This document shows, piece after piece, positions 1 to 7,588 of a DNA stretch of 40,233 nt. The translations under genes and the position numbers were made by a program. This stretch comes from a virus (Duplodnaviria; Heunggongvirae; Uroviricota; Caudoviricetes), in the IMG/VR virus record IMGVR_UViG_2802429237_000003, positions 1-40,233 of that record; one strand, written 5' to 3'. The notes under the pieces were generated by a model, which saw nothing but the letters and a program-made list of their open reading frames with translations, did not search any database and had not been told where the DNA came from. Positions within the stretch are counted from its first letter, which is position 1. Every line of letters begins with the position of its first letter.

Positions 1-1020
1 CTACTTACTGACCACAAGCGGCAAATCCAGTGTTGGGGTGATTTTGGTTTTACGATCGTAAATCAACACCTGATTTTCTGTTTTGTGTCCACTGAAAATT
101 TGTTTGTCGCGACTGCTGCCTTCGTAATCTGAAATCCCTTTGGCTTTTATGTCATGGAAGTTGCACCCAAACGGAACGCCGGCTTTTTGCTCGGCTGCAC
201 GTTTGGCCTGATTCCACCAGTTGTTCAGCGTTTTAGCTATGACCTTCCCGCCTTTGGTTGTGTTGATCACATACTCGCATGTGCCGGAAGATACATTTCG
301 GGCTAACTGGATCGCCGTACGTAATCGCGGAGACCATTCCTTGATTTGTTTGGTGCCGGTTTTGTTTTGCTCAATGTAAATCCCTTTATCCATAATATCC
401 TGCCATTTTAGCTCAAGCACATCACCGAGCCTTGCCGCACAAAGATAGGATATCTCCATTGCAATGCGTAACTGTGGAATTGCTTCCGCATATATTGCAG
501 CATACTGTTCATCGGTGATGTAAACAGTACGGGCTTTAAGTGTGAATTTTCTGACTCCTTTGCATGGATTATTTTTCACATACCCACGCTCATATCCCCA
601 TCCGTATACACGGCTCAGACTTGCCAGTTCATGGTTTGCCTGGGTCTTGCTCTCAAGTCCTCGCTTATCCATGAAAATTCTTACCTGTTCAATTTTTACA
701 TTATCAGCAAGCACTTTTCCGAATACTGCCAACAATGCCCTTTGATGTTGCCGATAATCTTTTTGGGTTCGAGGGGCCAGTTCTGTAAATGCAGGGGAGT
801 CCATAAACATGTGCCATAATTTAGCTACTGTCATTATGTTGTGGAGTTTTGCTTTTTCCAGCTCATAATTTTGCCAGACTTTAGCTACGCTGGTTTCCCG
901 CACTCTTCCGAGCCCTATAGTTCTTGTGCTTCCTTCGGGTTTCCATACGTAACTGTAACCATTCGATCTAACACGCGGTGGTAGTGCATTATCTTTTTTG
1001 TTTTTTCTTGGTCTTCCCAT
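1..1020 (-). CDS. int: phage integrase, tyrosine recombinase family (339 aa)
   Basis: Full ORF with TAG stop at window positions 1-3 (minus strand); size and C-terminal His/Tyr-containing region typical of lambdoid tyrosine integrases; sits at the prophage end next to an excisionase-like gene. Confidence 0.88.
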   Translation of the reverse strand: MGRPRKNKKDNALPPRVRSNGYSYVWKPEGSTRTIGLGRVRETSVAKVWQNYELEKAKLHNIMTVAKLWHMFMDSPAFTELAPRTQKDYRQHQRALLAVFGKVLADNVKIEQVRIFMDKRGLESKTQANHELASLSRVYGWGYERGYVKNNPCKGVRKFTLKARTVYITDEQYAAIYAEAIPQLRIAMEISYLCAARLGDVLELKWQDIMDKGIYIEQNKTGTKQIKEWSPRLRTAIQLARNVSSGTCEYVINTTKGGKVIAKTLNNWWNQAKRAAEQKAGVPFGCNFHDIKAKGISDYEGSSRDKQIFSGHKTENQVLIYDRKTKITPTLDLPLVVSK

Positions 1021-1240
1021 TGTTCAGCGCCTCAAAATCGGGTTCAGCGGAAACCAGTTCAGGTGCTTTTGGCATCGTAGTCAGTCCGTGTGGAATATCC
1101 CTGCGAAGAACTATTGGTTCGTTTTTAGGACCGATTACAAATGGGATACCGTGCAGCCTTAACTGGTGTTGCTGTTTTGTGTATCGCTCGTATTTCGTGA
1201 TCTCTTGAATCTCTGCTGGCGATAGAGTTAATTCGTACAT
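989..1240 (-). CDS. xis: putative excisionase / recombination directionality factor (83 aa)
   Basis: Small basic ORF immediately upstream of int with its 3' end overlapping the int start, the typical xis-int arrangement; no family match recognised by eye. Confidence 0.5.
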   Translation of the reverse strand: MYELTLSPAEIQEITKYERYTKQQHQLRLHGIPFVIGPKNEPIVLRRDIPHGLTTMPKAPELVSAEPDFEALNNGKTKKKQKR

Positions 1241-1306
1241 GTGGTCACGTGCCTTACAGCATGACCGCCGCCAATATAATTCGGAGACGGCGATCAGGGG
1301 TGAACA

Positions 1307-3763
1307 TTAAAAATCAACCGGATTCGGGATCAGTTTTTGCCAGATTGCTGAAACGTATTTTGCCTGGTGACGGGCGTCATCAAGTGCATTATGGCGCTCA
1401 CCTTCGAATGGAATATCCATTCTGGCATCAAAGTCTATGGCTTTTCCTAACTCAACGATTGTGCGTACATCTCGATCGTTGTAGTAACGCCACGGGCAGG
1501 GGATCCCCTGCCGTTCGTATGAACGGCGCAAAATCGTGTTGTCGAAGTTGGCTCCATTTCCCCAGACCTGAACAAAAAATTCACCGGAGTTTTCGTCGAT
1601 AAATTCCCGCAATTGTAACAGTGCATCATCTAACGGGATTTCATCGGTCATAATGGCAGATTGCGCTTCGCGTGATTGCTTAAGCCACCATTTAATGGTG
1701 TCCCGATCAATGACTCCGCCAGCAGTTTCCAGATCGATAGTCTTACTAAATTCCGGTCCCATATCTCCGGTTTGCGGATCGAAAAAAATTGCACCTATTG
1801 AGATGATCGGGGCATCAGGATTTTTTCCCATGGTTTCAAGGTCGATCATTAGATGGTCACACGTCCTGCTGGTGGATGTGATTTCGTGATGACCGTTCAC
1901 CTTAATTGAGTGATCTGCCGCCTCGCCAGTTTCATTATCGCTGGCGTGGTCCTGAGCGCTGCCAGCATTCTCCTTGTGTGGATGTTCAGCGCCTTCCATT
2001 TCCTCCGGATCATTTTCCTGAACTTCAACCTGATTCTCTTCATCGAATGTTTCCTGGTATGTTGCGTCGCCCATCACCGCGCCACAATCAGGGCAGTTGC
2101 CGTCACCGCTCTGACCGCAGGCGGTGCAGACTTTTTCCACTTCCTGTTGCGCCACTGGTTCAGGCTGTTTCGTTTCTGGCTCGTTTTGTAACGCATTTGG
2201 GCTGTTTTGTTCCGCTTTCTGGTCGTTCTGTTCCGATTCTTGCTGGTTCTGGTTTACAGAATCGCGGGTTTCAATTCCCTTCACCCATTTCGGATCATTC
2301 GGGTCGCTAATCCCTGCAACAAATTCTCCGCGAGAGGCAGCAAGCAGTTCAGCGGCGTCAGGCTGGTTGATATTGGCTGCCTGCATAATTTTGTTTACTT
2401 CGTCAGCGGTAACTTTTACCTGATTAACCGGATCTATCTGTGCCTGAGTATCCAGCGATTGCGTGTCCTGGCGATGTTCAGTTGTATCCGGCTCCATTGC
2501 TTCAGTCGTTGCCTGTTCATCTGCCATTGCGTCAGACGGTTGTGATTTTTCCTCATTATTTTTTTCTTCTTCTGTTTCGCGTTCAGCAGCCAGTTCGCGG
2601 TTAACTTCTTCCAGGATATCTTTTTCCGGTGTATGTCGTGCAGCAGTGAGAGTTTCCTCGGTAGGGTTCTCGTGATCAGTCTCCGTTAAGTGGGCGTTGA
2701 TATACTCCTGAAGGCGTCCCGGGTAGAGATAAAGTTCAGGGTGAGCACTTCGGATAAGTGCAAAAATAGCGGCACGGGAATAATCCAGAACACCCGGGGT
2801 TGCGCGAAGTGCTGCGGACCATTCTTTGAACGGACTTTCTTTCTTCCGGACGATTTCTTTTGCGCGACGATAAACGCTGCCCGGGATTTCATAAATATTA
2901 AAATCCATCGGAAGTGTGGCCGCTGCAATCTCCACATCCAGCGTATCGAAGGTGTGTACTAAATTCGGATTGCGATCGGTTTTGTTCCCTCCACCGGCAT
3001 TAGCACCGGAAGCCGTGCGGGTGATGCGTGAAACACGATTTCCTTTCATCCACTCTTTTGTCAGCAGACCGCGATCGGTGTAGTCAGCGCCCAGGTATGC
3101 TTCGAAAAAAGCAGTCATCAGTCCCAGGTCTGAATTACCAGGATTAGGGAAAACTTTGTCCGTGTCACGAACCAGTTTGTGGAGATCGCGAATTTCAAGC
3201 GGTTCGAGTTGCGCTGCTTTATTTGAGATGGCCAGCGCGGTAACGGCGGGAAGTTTTTCATCCTGTGCGTTATGTAATGCGCGCAGTTCGCCCCGCGAAA
3301 CGTGTGTGATCGGTTTTTCGCTGCCGTGCTGCGCCAGCCATCGAACAGGCAGAATCTGACCTGAAACCGGCAGGAGCATGTTCTCCTCAATCTCAGTCAT
3401 GTCTTCGCCGTTGACGTTGGTATTGTCAGTGCTGGCTGGTTTGTCCTGAACAGAGGGCGAGGGCGCGATAAGTACCATTGTGATACCATCTTCCCCGCCT
3501 TTTTCGTATCGGTTGCAGAATTCGGTATCAAACACGCCTTCCGGAGGAAGGTCATTCACAACGGGTAAATGGACGCGAACAGGTTTTTTAAAATCCTCTT
3601 CGTCAAATCCGGCATCGTCCATTGCGACAACACCGCGTGATATTGCAACCGATAATTTTTTTGCTGTGCGCCAGTAAAAACCGCCTTTAATCCCAAGACG
3701 TTTTCTGACTTTGTCATTTTTGGCTTCGTAATATAGTGCAATTTCTTCTTTATCAGCGCTCAT
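1307..3763 (-). CDS. large putative exonuclease (818 aa): N-terminal domain of unknown function, acidic linker with CxxC..CxxC zinc ribbon, C-terminal DnaQ-like DEDDh 3'-5' exonuclease domain
   Basis: C-terminal region has DLETMG ... WGNGANFDNTIL ... HNALDDA motifs matching the Exo I/II/III motifs of DEDDh exonucleases; SD GAGG 8 nt upstream of ATG at 3763. Confidence 0.75.
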   Translation of the reverse strand: MSADKEEIALYYEAKNDKVRKRLGIKGGFYWRTAKKLSVAISRGVVAMDDAGFDEEDFKKPVRVHLPVVNDLPPEGVFDTEFCNRYEKGGEDGITMVLIAPSPSVQDKPASTDNTNVNGEDMTEIEENMLLPVSGQILPVRWLAQHGSEKPITHVSRGELRALHNAQDEKLPAVTALAISNKAAQLEPLEIRDLHKLVRDTDKVFPNPGNSDLGLMTAFFEAYLGADYTDRGLLTKEWMKGNRVSRITRTASGANAGGGNKTDRNPNLVHTFDTLDVEIAAATLPMDFNIYEIPGSVYRRAKEIVRKKESPFKEWSAALRATPGVLDYSRAAIFALIRSAHPELYLYPGRLQEYINAHLTETDHENPTEETLTAARHTPEKDILEEVNRELAAERETEEEKNNEEKSQPSDAMADEQATTEAMEPDTTEHRQDTQSLDTQAQIDPVNQVKVTADEVNKIMQAANINQPDAAELLAASRGEFVAGISDPNDPKWVKGIETRDSVNQNQQESEQNDQKAEQNSPNALQNEPETKQPEPVAQQEVEKVCTACGQSGDGNCPDCGAVMGDATYQETFDEENQVEVQENDPEEMEGAEHPHKENAGSAQDHASDNETGEAADHSIKVNGHHEITSTSRTCDHLMIDLETMGKNPDAPIISIGAIFFDPQTGDMGPEFSKTIDLETAGGVIDRDTIKWWLKQSREAQSAIMTDEIPLDDALLQLREFIDENSGEFFVQVWGNGANFDNTILRRSYERQGIPCPWRYYNDRDVRTIVELGKAIDFDARMDIPFEGERHNALDDARHQAKYVSAIWQKLIPNPVDF

Positions 3764-3853
3764 TGATAAACCTCATAACCATTTTTAGGGTGAACAAGTC
3801 CCTGCCATTGCTGGCATATAAAAATGAAACCGGATATTTATTACGGTGCTGGT

Positions 3854-4045
3854 TTAAAGCCCTGCCGGGACTTCGTTATTATCCATGCGAATAACTTTAT
3901 CGACCGGATAACAGTTACCTGGAATTTTCTGTTCCGCTGCGGCAGCCATGCATTCTTTCATTGAACCATATATACCAGTAACCACATCAACCGGTTCGCC
4001 TGTATTAAGAAAAACAGTCAGGGTGAGAGCAACAGCAGTATTCAT
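3854..4045 (-). CDS. ydfD: YdfD-like small membrane protein (63 aa)
   Basis: Internal ATG of the track ORF 3854..4099 gives 63 aa starting MNTAVALTLTVFL (hydrophobic N-terminus); the ATG overlaps the dicB stop (ATGA); position and size match ydfD of the E. coli Qin dicB operon as I recall it. Confidence 0.55.
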   Translation of the reverse strand: MNTAVALTLTVFLNTGEPVDVVTGIYGSMKECMAAAAEQKIPGNCYPVDKVIRMDNNEVPAGL

Positions 4046-4230
4046 TGCCAGTCTCCTTTTGGCATCAGACGTAAACGAGCCAGCATTGAAACAATGCATA
4101 TTTGATTTAATAGCTCCCGTTCGTGTTTTCTCTTATTAATCGCATCTTCAGTAAATACAGGGTTACTGATTCTGACACCAATTTCAAAACAACCTTCAGA
4201 CGTATTGACGTTTGGTAATAACGTTTCCAT
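4042..4230 (-). CDS. dicB: cell division inhibitor DicB homologue (62 aa)
   Basis: Internal ATG of ORF 4042..4326 gives 62 aa METLLPNVNTSEGCFEIGV...CIVSMLARLRLMPKGDWQ, near-identical in my recollection to E. coli DicB; SD GAGGA 8 nt upstream; preceded on the same strand by a DicF-like terminator hairpin. Confidence 0.78.
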   Translation of the reverse strand: METLLPNVNTSEGCFEIGVRISNPVFTEDAINKRKHERELLNQICIVSMLARLRLMPKGDWQ

Positions 4231-4423
4231 TATCGCGTCCTCAACAATGAATTTTGTGATACGGTGCCTGGTGCCTCCAGGTGACGTTAACCAGTTAACA
4301 ATTAACGCCGGATACAGAGAACCCACCCATAAGAACCAATACGGAAGTCAACTGGCCTTTTTAACTGTTCCGCGTGCGCTGAGCCGCATTCACCGCATCA
4401 CAAAATTCACTTTAAAAAGGGCG

Positions 4424-4476
4424 GGTATCACAAGGGAACAAAGAACGGATACCCGCCAAAAGGTAATCAACATGGG
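4424..4476 (-). ncRNA. dicF: DicF-like small RNA (approximate ends)
   Basis: Minus strand reads ...TTTTGGCGGGTATCCGTTCTTTGTTCCCTTGTGATACCCGCCCTTTTT followed by AAAGTGAATTTTGTGATG..GGTGAATGCGGCT.AGCGCACGCGG, matching the 3' terminator and downstream leader of E. coli dicF-dicB as I recall them; 10-bp stem GGCGGGTATC/GATACCCGCC plus T-run; immediately upstream of dicB. Confidence 0.5.
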
Positions 4477-4820
4477 TTGTTGCAGCGGGGGTGTCACTCA
4501 GGCGTATGGTCAACCTGACAACCCGGTGTTATCTCGAGGAAAGGATAGCCTCGCCATACTTACCGCCGCGCCATTTCGCGGAGTGCTACAACCGGAAGCG
4601 CACGGTCGAATTAAATTTAACGACACCGTACAGTGAGACGAACTTCGCCGTGCGCTTTCGTGTTGTGTGCCTGCTTTTAACCACGTCAGGCGAGGTGGTT
4701 CCTGTTATTCCCCAACAACAAGAAATTTGTATAATCCGGATATCCCCAACAACGAGAAGAGTATGTAACGTGATAGTTGAGTTCTCAGCAGCAATGTAGG
4801 CAATCAAAGAAACTGCGGTA

Positions 4821-5225
4821 ATGGCAAAGGGTATTCTGAATGCCAAAACTCAAACTGAGATAAATTCCGCTGTCAGCGATATGCTTTCAAAACTTACGTC
4901 TGTTCAGTTTGAATGCGTATCGCTCATTGAGATGGTGCGCTCTTATCAGGAAGAAGCCGCATCTCTCAAAGCAAAAATTGCAGAGATAGAAGACTTTCAG
5001 CAACAGGCGGAAGGTTACAAACTTAACAAGCTTGATTCTGGAACTCTTGTGTATTCCAAGAAGCAATTTATAGGCGATACTGAGATAACAGTGCATCTTT
5101 GCCCACAATGTTTTGGAAAAAAGGTAATATCTGTACTGCAGCCAATGGAAATAATGCGCCTTGATGCTCATTTTCGTACTTTTTGCCCCGCCTGTAATAA
5201 TAAGTTCTGGATGAACTCAAGATAA
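4821..5225 (+). CDS. hypothetical protein with N-terminal coiled-coil-like region and C-terminal CPQC...CPAC zinc ribbon (134 aa); convergent insert in the leftward early operon
   Basis: Clean 134-aa ORF on the strand opposite to all neighbours; visibly AT-rich; protein-like composition while the antisense ORF 4887..5171 is low-complexity; weak SD. Confidence 0.45.
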   Translation: MAKGILNAKTQTEINSAVSDMLSKLTSVQFECVSLIEMVRSYQEEAASLKAKIAEIEDFQQQAEGYKLNKLDSGTLVYSKKQFIGDTEITVHLCPQCFGKKVISVLQPMEIMRLDAHFRTFCPACNNKFWMNSR

Positions 5226-5360
5226 TTAACTGTTTAAATAAGTTGGGACTATCCAGATTTTTAAAGAACGTGCCGGATGCTCACCCGTGTCCGGCGCACG
5301 CACTCCACCTGCCTCGTGGAGAACTCCTTAATTATCAACCTTAGTCTCGTTGGTTAACTA

Positions 5361-5579
5361 TTAACGCGGGTATGAAATCATTCTGGCAATGCTTAATGCC
5401 GCTGCTTTTTCCAGATTGGTGATATCCTGCTCCAGAGCGGACAGATTTTCAGCTTGCTTAGCCCTGGCTTCATTGGCCCATTTCAGGTCCTGCGCTGCCT
5501 TAATTTTCTGGCGCATCCACTCATAAAGTTCATCATCGGTATAGTCTGGCGCGATGATGACGGGTTCTCGTTTCTGCAT
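5361..5579 (-). CDS. ydfC: YdfC-like small protein (72 aa)
   Basis: 72-aa ORF with SD GAGG upstream; follows the ydfB-like ORF on the same strand; order and sizes (51/42/72 aa) match ydfA-ydfB-ydfC of Qin. Confidence 0.55.
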   Translation of the reverse strand: MQKREPVIIAPDYTDDELYEWMRQKIKAAQDLKWANEARAKQAENLSALEQDITNLEKAAALSIARMISYPR

Positions 5580-5608
5580 ACTGATTCCTCGCGGTGCTGT
5601 TTCGCTTA

Positions 5609-5737
5609 TCAGCCGTTAGATTTTGCCGAACTGGAAAGCGCCTGTTTAAACTCACTGAAGCTGAGAGCTTCTTCGCCTTCGGCAAGGCCTTCGAAGTATT
5701 CTTCGTAAGCCTTTTCCATGATTGCGTCGAAATCCAT
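5609..5737 (-). CDS. ydfB: YdfB-like small acidic protein (42 aa; below ORF-track cutoff)
   Basis: Hand-translated minus-strand ORF MDFDAIMEKAYEEYFEGLAEGEEALSFSEFKQALSSSAKSNG; its ATG lies 2 nt after the upstream stop (tight coupling); the two overlapping track ORFs 5533..5742(-) and 5594..5791(+) look non-protein-like. Confidence 0.5.
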   Translation of the reverse strand: MDFDAIMEKAYEEYFEGLAEGEEALSFSEFKQALSSSAKSNG

Positions 5738-5738
5738 A

Positions 5739-5894
5739 TCACTCACCTGAGTTTCTTTTCAGCCAGCGACGCGCGCCAGCTTCGGTTTTAAACGTTTTGC
5801 TTTTGGTATACGTCATCGCGGTGAACGTGCCGTCCTGGTTTGGAAACACGCCGTACACCAGAGATTCGTTGTTACCAAGATCGATAGTATCCAT
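5739..5894 (-). CDS. ydfA: YdfA-like small protein (51 aa)
   Basis: Internal ATG of ORF 5739..5972 with SD GAGGT gives 51 aa MDTIDLGNNESLVYGVFPNQDGTFTAMTYTKSKTFKTEAGARRWLKRNSGE, matching the size and, as I recall, the sequence of E. coli YdfA. Confidence 0.6.
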   Translation of the reverse strand: MDTIDLGNNESLVYGVFPNQDGTFTAMTYTKSKTFKTEAGARRWLKRNSGE

Positions 5895-6100
5895 GCTGAC
5901 CTCATTTCCCCTTAACGCCGGGGTAGCGGAACAAAAACCTGCTGCATAGTTAAAGTTGAACCCTGCCGTCATGTTCTTACGCCTCGGGCTGGCTACTTAA
6001 CCCCTGACCACTGCCTGGTAACTCGAAGTATTGCCCTGCATTTTGTGGGGTGGGGTGAGGGAATGAATTAAGTTTAGAAAAATGAACTTTTCAGGTCAAT

Positions 6101-6116
6101 GTTTTTTTATCAAAAC
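6101..6116 (-). promoter_or_regulatory. candidate operator (O_L-like) 16-mer GTTTTGATAAAAAAAC, read on minus strand
   Basis: Third copy of the GTTTTGAT-N4-AAAC motif found twice in the cI-cro intergenic region; lies between the repressor gene and the ydfA-like operon, next to a TTGACC -35-like hexamer. Confidence 0.35.
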
Positions 6117-6183
6117 ATTTTGAGCAGGCAGCTGTTAAGCCATCACCACGATGGCATACAGTTAATCAAATAGATGAGGTTGG

Positions 6184-6822
6184 TTAAATATCTTGTTGAA
6201 TTTTAAAGCATACACCCAATATGCAAGATAGATCATCCAGCATAATTGAAGGGTAGCGAGGATTCGTGGGGACTAAAAGAATATCCGGCCCTTCTATCTC
6301 CAGTTTACGAATGACAGGTGTTGTGGTCCCTTTGGGTAAGGCAAGGACAATATTTCCTGGTTGTGCGGTTCGATCGGGATCAACAAAAACTGTTGATCCA
6401 TTTGGGATGGAAACTCCCCCACCAGATGTTGACATACTGTCACTCTCTAGAACAACTGCAAAGGTATTGGCCGGGATTTCTCCGACAAGCTGCACACAAG
6501 AGGTTATTGAGGAATTTTTCATATAATCACTCCAGCTTGCTGCCTGCTGAAGTGATAGTAGCGGAACCGTTTTTATCGGCGGTAAAGATAGATCAAGCGA
6601 ATCACCTGTATTTAACTCTCCTCCATTAAGAAGCCAATTTTCGTTTACTTTCAATATCTTTGCCAGTGAACTTATGTAACGCGAGGACGGCGCTCCTCCA
6701 CCGTTCATCCATTGACTTACGGAGCCTTTTGATGCGCCAGTGGCATTGACAAGGTCTTTGCCTTTCAGGTTTAGCGCATGCATACGTTGGGTTATGCGTT
6801 CAGATATTGTTTGCTTGCTCAT
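6184..6822 (-). CDS. CI-like prophage repressor: N-terminal HTH, C-terminal S24 LexA-like self-cleaving peptidase domain (212 aa)
   Basis: N-terminal HTH signature (GKDLVNATGASKGSVSQWMNG) and C-terminal S24-like region; divergent from the Cro-like gene with a ~90-bp operator-containing intergenic region. Confidence 0.85.
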   Translation of the reverse strand: MSKQTISERITQRMHALNLKGKDLVNATGASKGSVSQWMNGGGAPSSRYISSLAKILKVNENWLLNGGELNTGDSLDLSLPPIKTVPLLSLQQAASWSDYMKNSSITSCVQLVGEIPANTFAVVLESDSMSTSGGGVSIPNGSTVFVDPDRTAQPGNIVLALPKGTTTPVIRKLEIEGPDILLVPTNPRYPSIMLDDLSCILGVCFKIQQDI

Positions 6823-6823
6823 G

Positions 6824-6839
6824 TTTTGATTTTAAAACA
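6824..6839 (+). promoter_or_regulatory. candidate operator O_R site GTTTTGATTTTAAAAC
   Basis: Imperfect 16-mer with inverted GTTTT/AAAAC ends, directly abutting the repressor start codon; repeated 45 bp downstream. Confidence 0.4.
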
Positions 6840-6855
6840 CAGATGGTTTTGTTTC

Positions 6856-6884
6856 TTGACTTTCTTTGGTTTTGATTATTAAAC
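6856..6884 (+). promoter_or_regulatory. candidate P_R promoter (-35 TTGACT at 6856-6861) overlapping second operator copy GTTTTGATTATTAAAC (6869-6884)
   Basis: TTGACT followed 15-17 bp later by an A/T-rich -10-like hexamer (TATTAA), ~30 bp upstream of the cro-like start; operator repeat overlaps the -10 region. Confidence 0.4.
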
Positions 6885-6913
6885 TTTTGGCGTTCAGTTT
6901 TATGGAGCGACTC

Positions 6914-7156
6914 ATGAAAAAATCAGAAGTATTAGGCTATTTTGGCGGAGTTGTTAAAACAGCCGCAGCTCTAGGAACGTCAAAAACCACAGTCAGCATG
7001 TGGGGGGAAGAGGTTCCGTGGAAATGGGCGTTGCTAATTCAGGCAGTCACTGCCGGGGCGCTCAAATATGAGTTACACATACCGACGGTTGTCATTCCCG
7101 GTTCTGATCATAATCCGCCTTCTAACCAAAGGGGGATTCATGAAAATCAAGCATGA
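6914..7156 (+). CDS. Cro-like / YdaS-like HTH regulator (80 aa)
   Basis: Start chosen at ATG 6914 with SD GGAG upstream; HTH-like segment GGVVKTAAALGTSKTTVSMWG; divergent from the repressor. Confidence 0.6.
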   Translation: MKKSEVLGYFGGVVKTAAALGTSKTTVSMWGEEVPWKWALLIQAVTAGALKYELHIPTVVIPGSDHNPPSNQRGIHENQA

Positions 7157-7565
7157 ACACATCCGCATGGCGATGGATGCCTGGGCGCATCCGGACGGCG
7201 AAAAAGTACCGGCTGCGAAAATTACCAAAGCGTATTTCGAACTGGGAATGACGTTCCCGGAACTGTATGACGACAGCCATCCGGAAGCCCTGGCTCGTAA
7301 TACTCAGAAAATTTTCCGCTGGGTAGAGAAAGACACCCCTGATGCGGTTAAAAAAATTCAGGCGCTGTTACCTGCTATCGAAAAAGCTATGCCACCTCTG
7401 CTGGTGGCCCGAATGCGCAGCCACAGTTCAGCCTATTTTCGGGAGCTGGTGGAGACGCGGGAACGATTGGTGAGAGACGCTGATGATTTTGTCGCAGTGG
7501 CGATCGCTGGTTTCAACCAGATGAATCGTGGTGGTCCGGCGGGAAATGCTGTGGTGATGCACTAA
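7140..7565 (+). CDS. ydaT: YdaT-like protein (CII-like regulator family; 141 aa)
   Basis: Internal ATG of ORF 7068..7565 with SD GGGGG upstream; size and MKIKHEHIRMAMDAWAHPDGEKVP N-terminus match my recollection of Rac YdaT; follows the cro-like gene as in Rac ydaS-ydaT. Confidence 0.55.
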   Translation: MKIKHEHIRMAMDAWAHPDGEKVPAAKITKAYFELGMTFPELYDDSHPEALARNTQKIFRWVEKDTPDAVKKIQALLPAIEKAMPPLLVARMRSHSSAYFRELVETRERLVRDADDFVAVAIAGFNQMNRGGPAGNAVVMH

Positions 7566-7588
7566 AAGCACTGTGTTCGGAGTTTTTT

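Noticed and set aside
5533-5791. Track ORFs 5533..5742(-) and 5594..5791(+)
   Set aside because: Both overlap the 42-aa ydfB-like ORF, which has coupled start and stop and acidic protein-like composition; the alternatives are basic or low-complexity with no SD.
5973-6183. Possible N-type antiterminator gene next to the repressor
   Set aside because: The 210-bp gap contains no ORF with an SD; the operon starts directly with the ydfA-like gene as in Qin.
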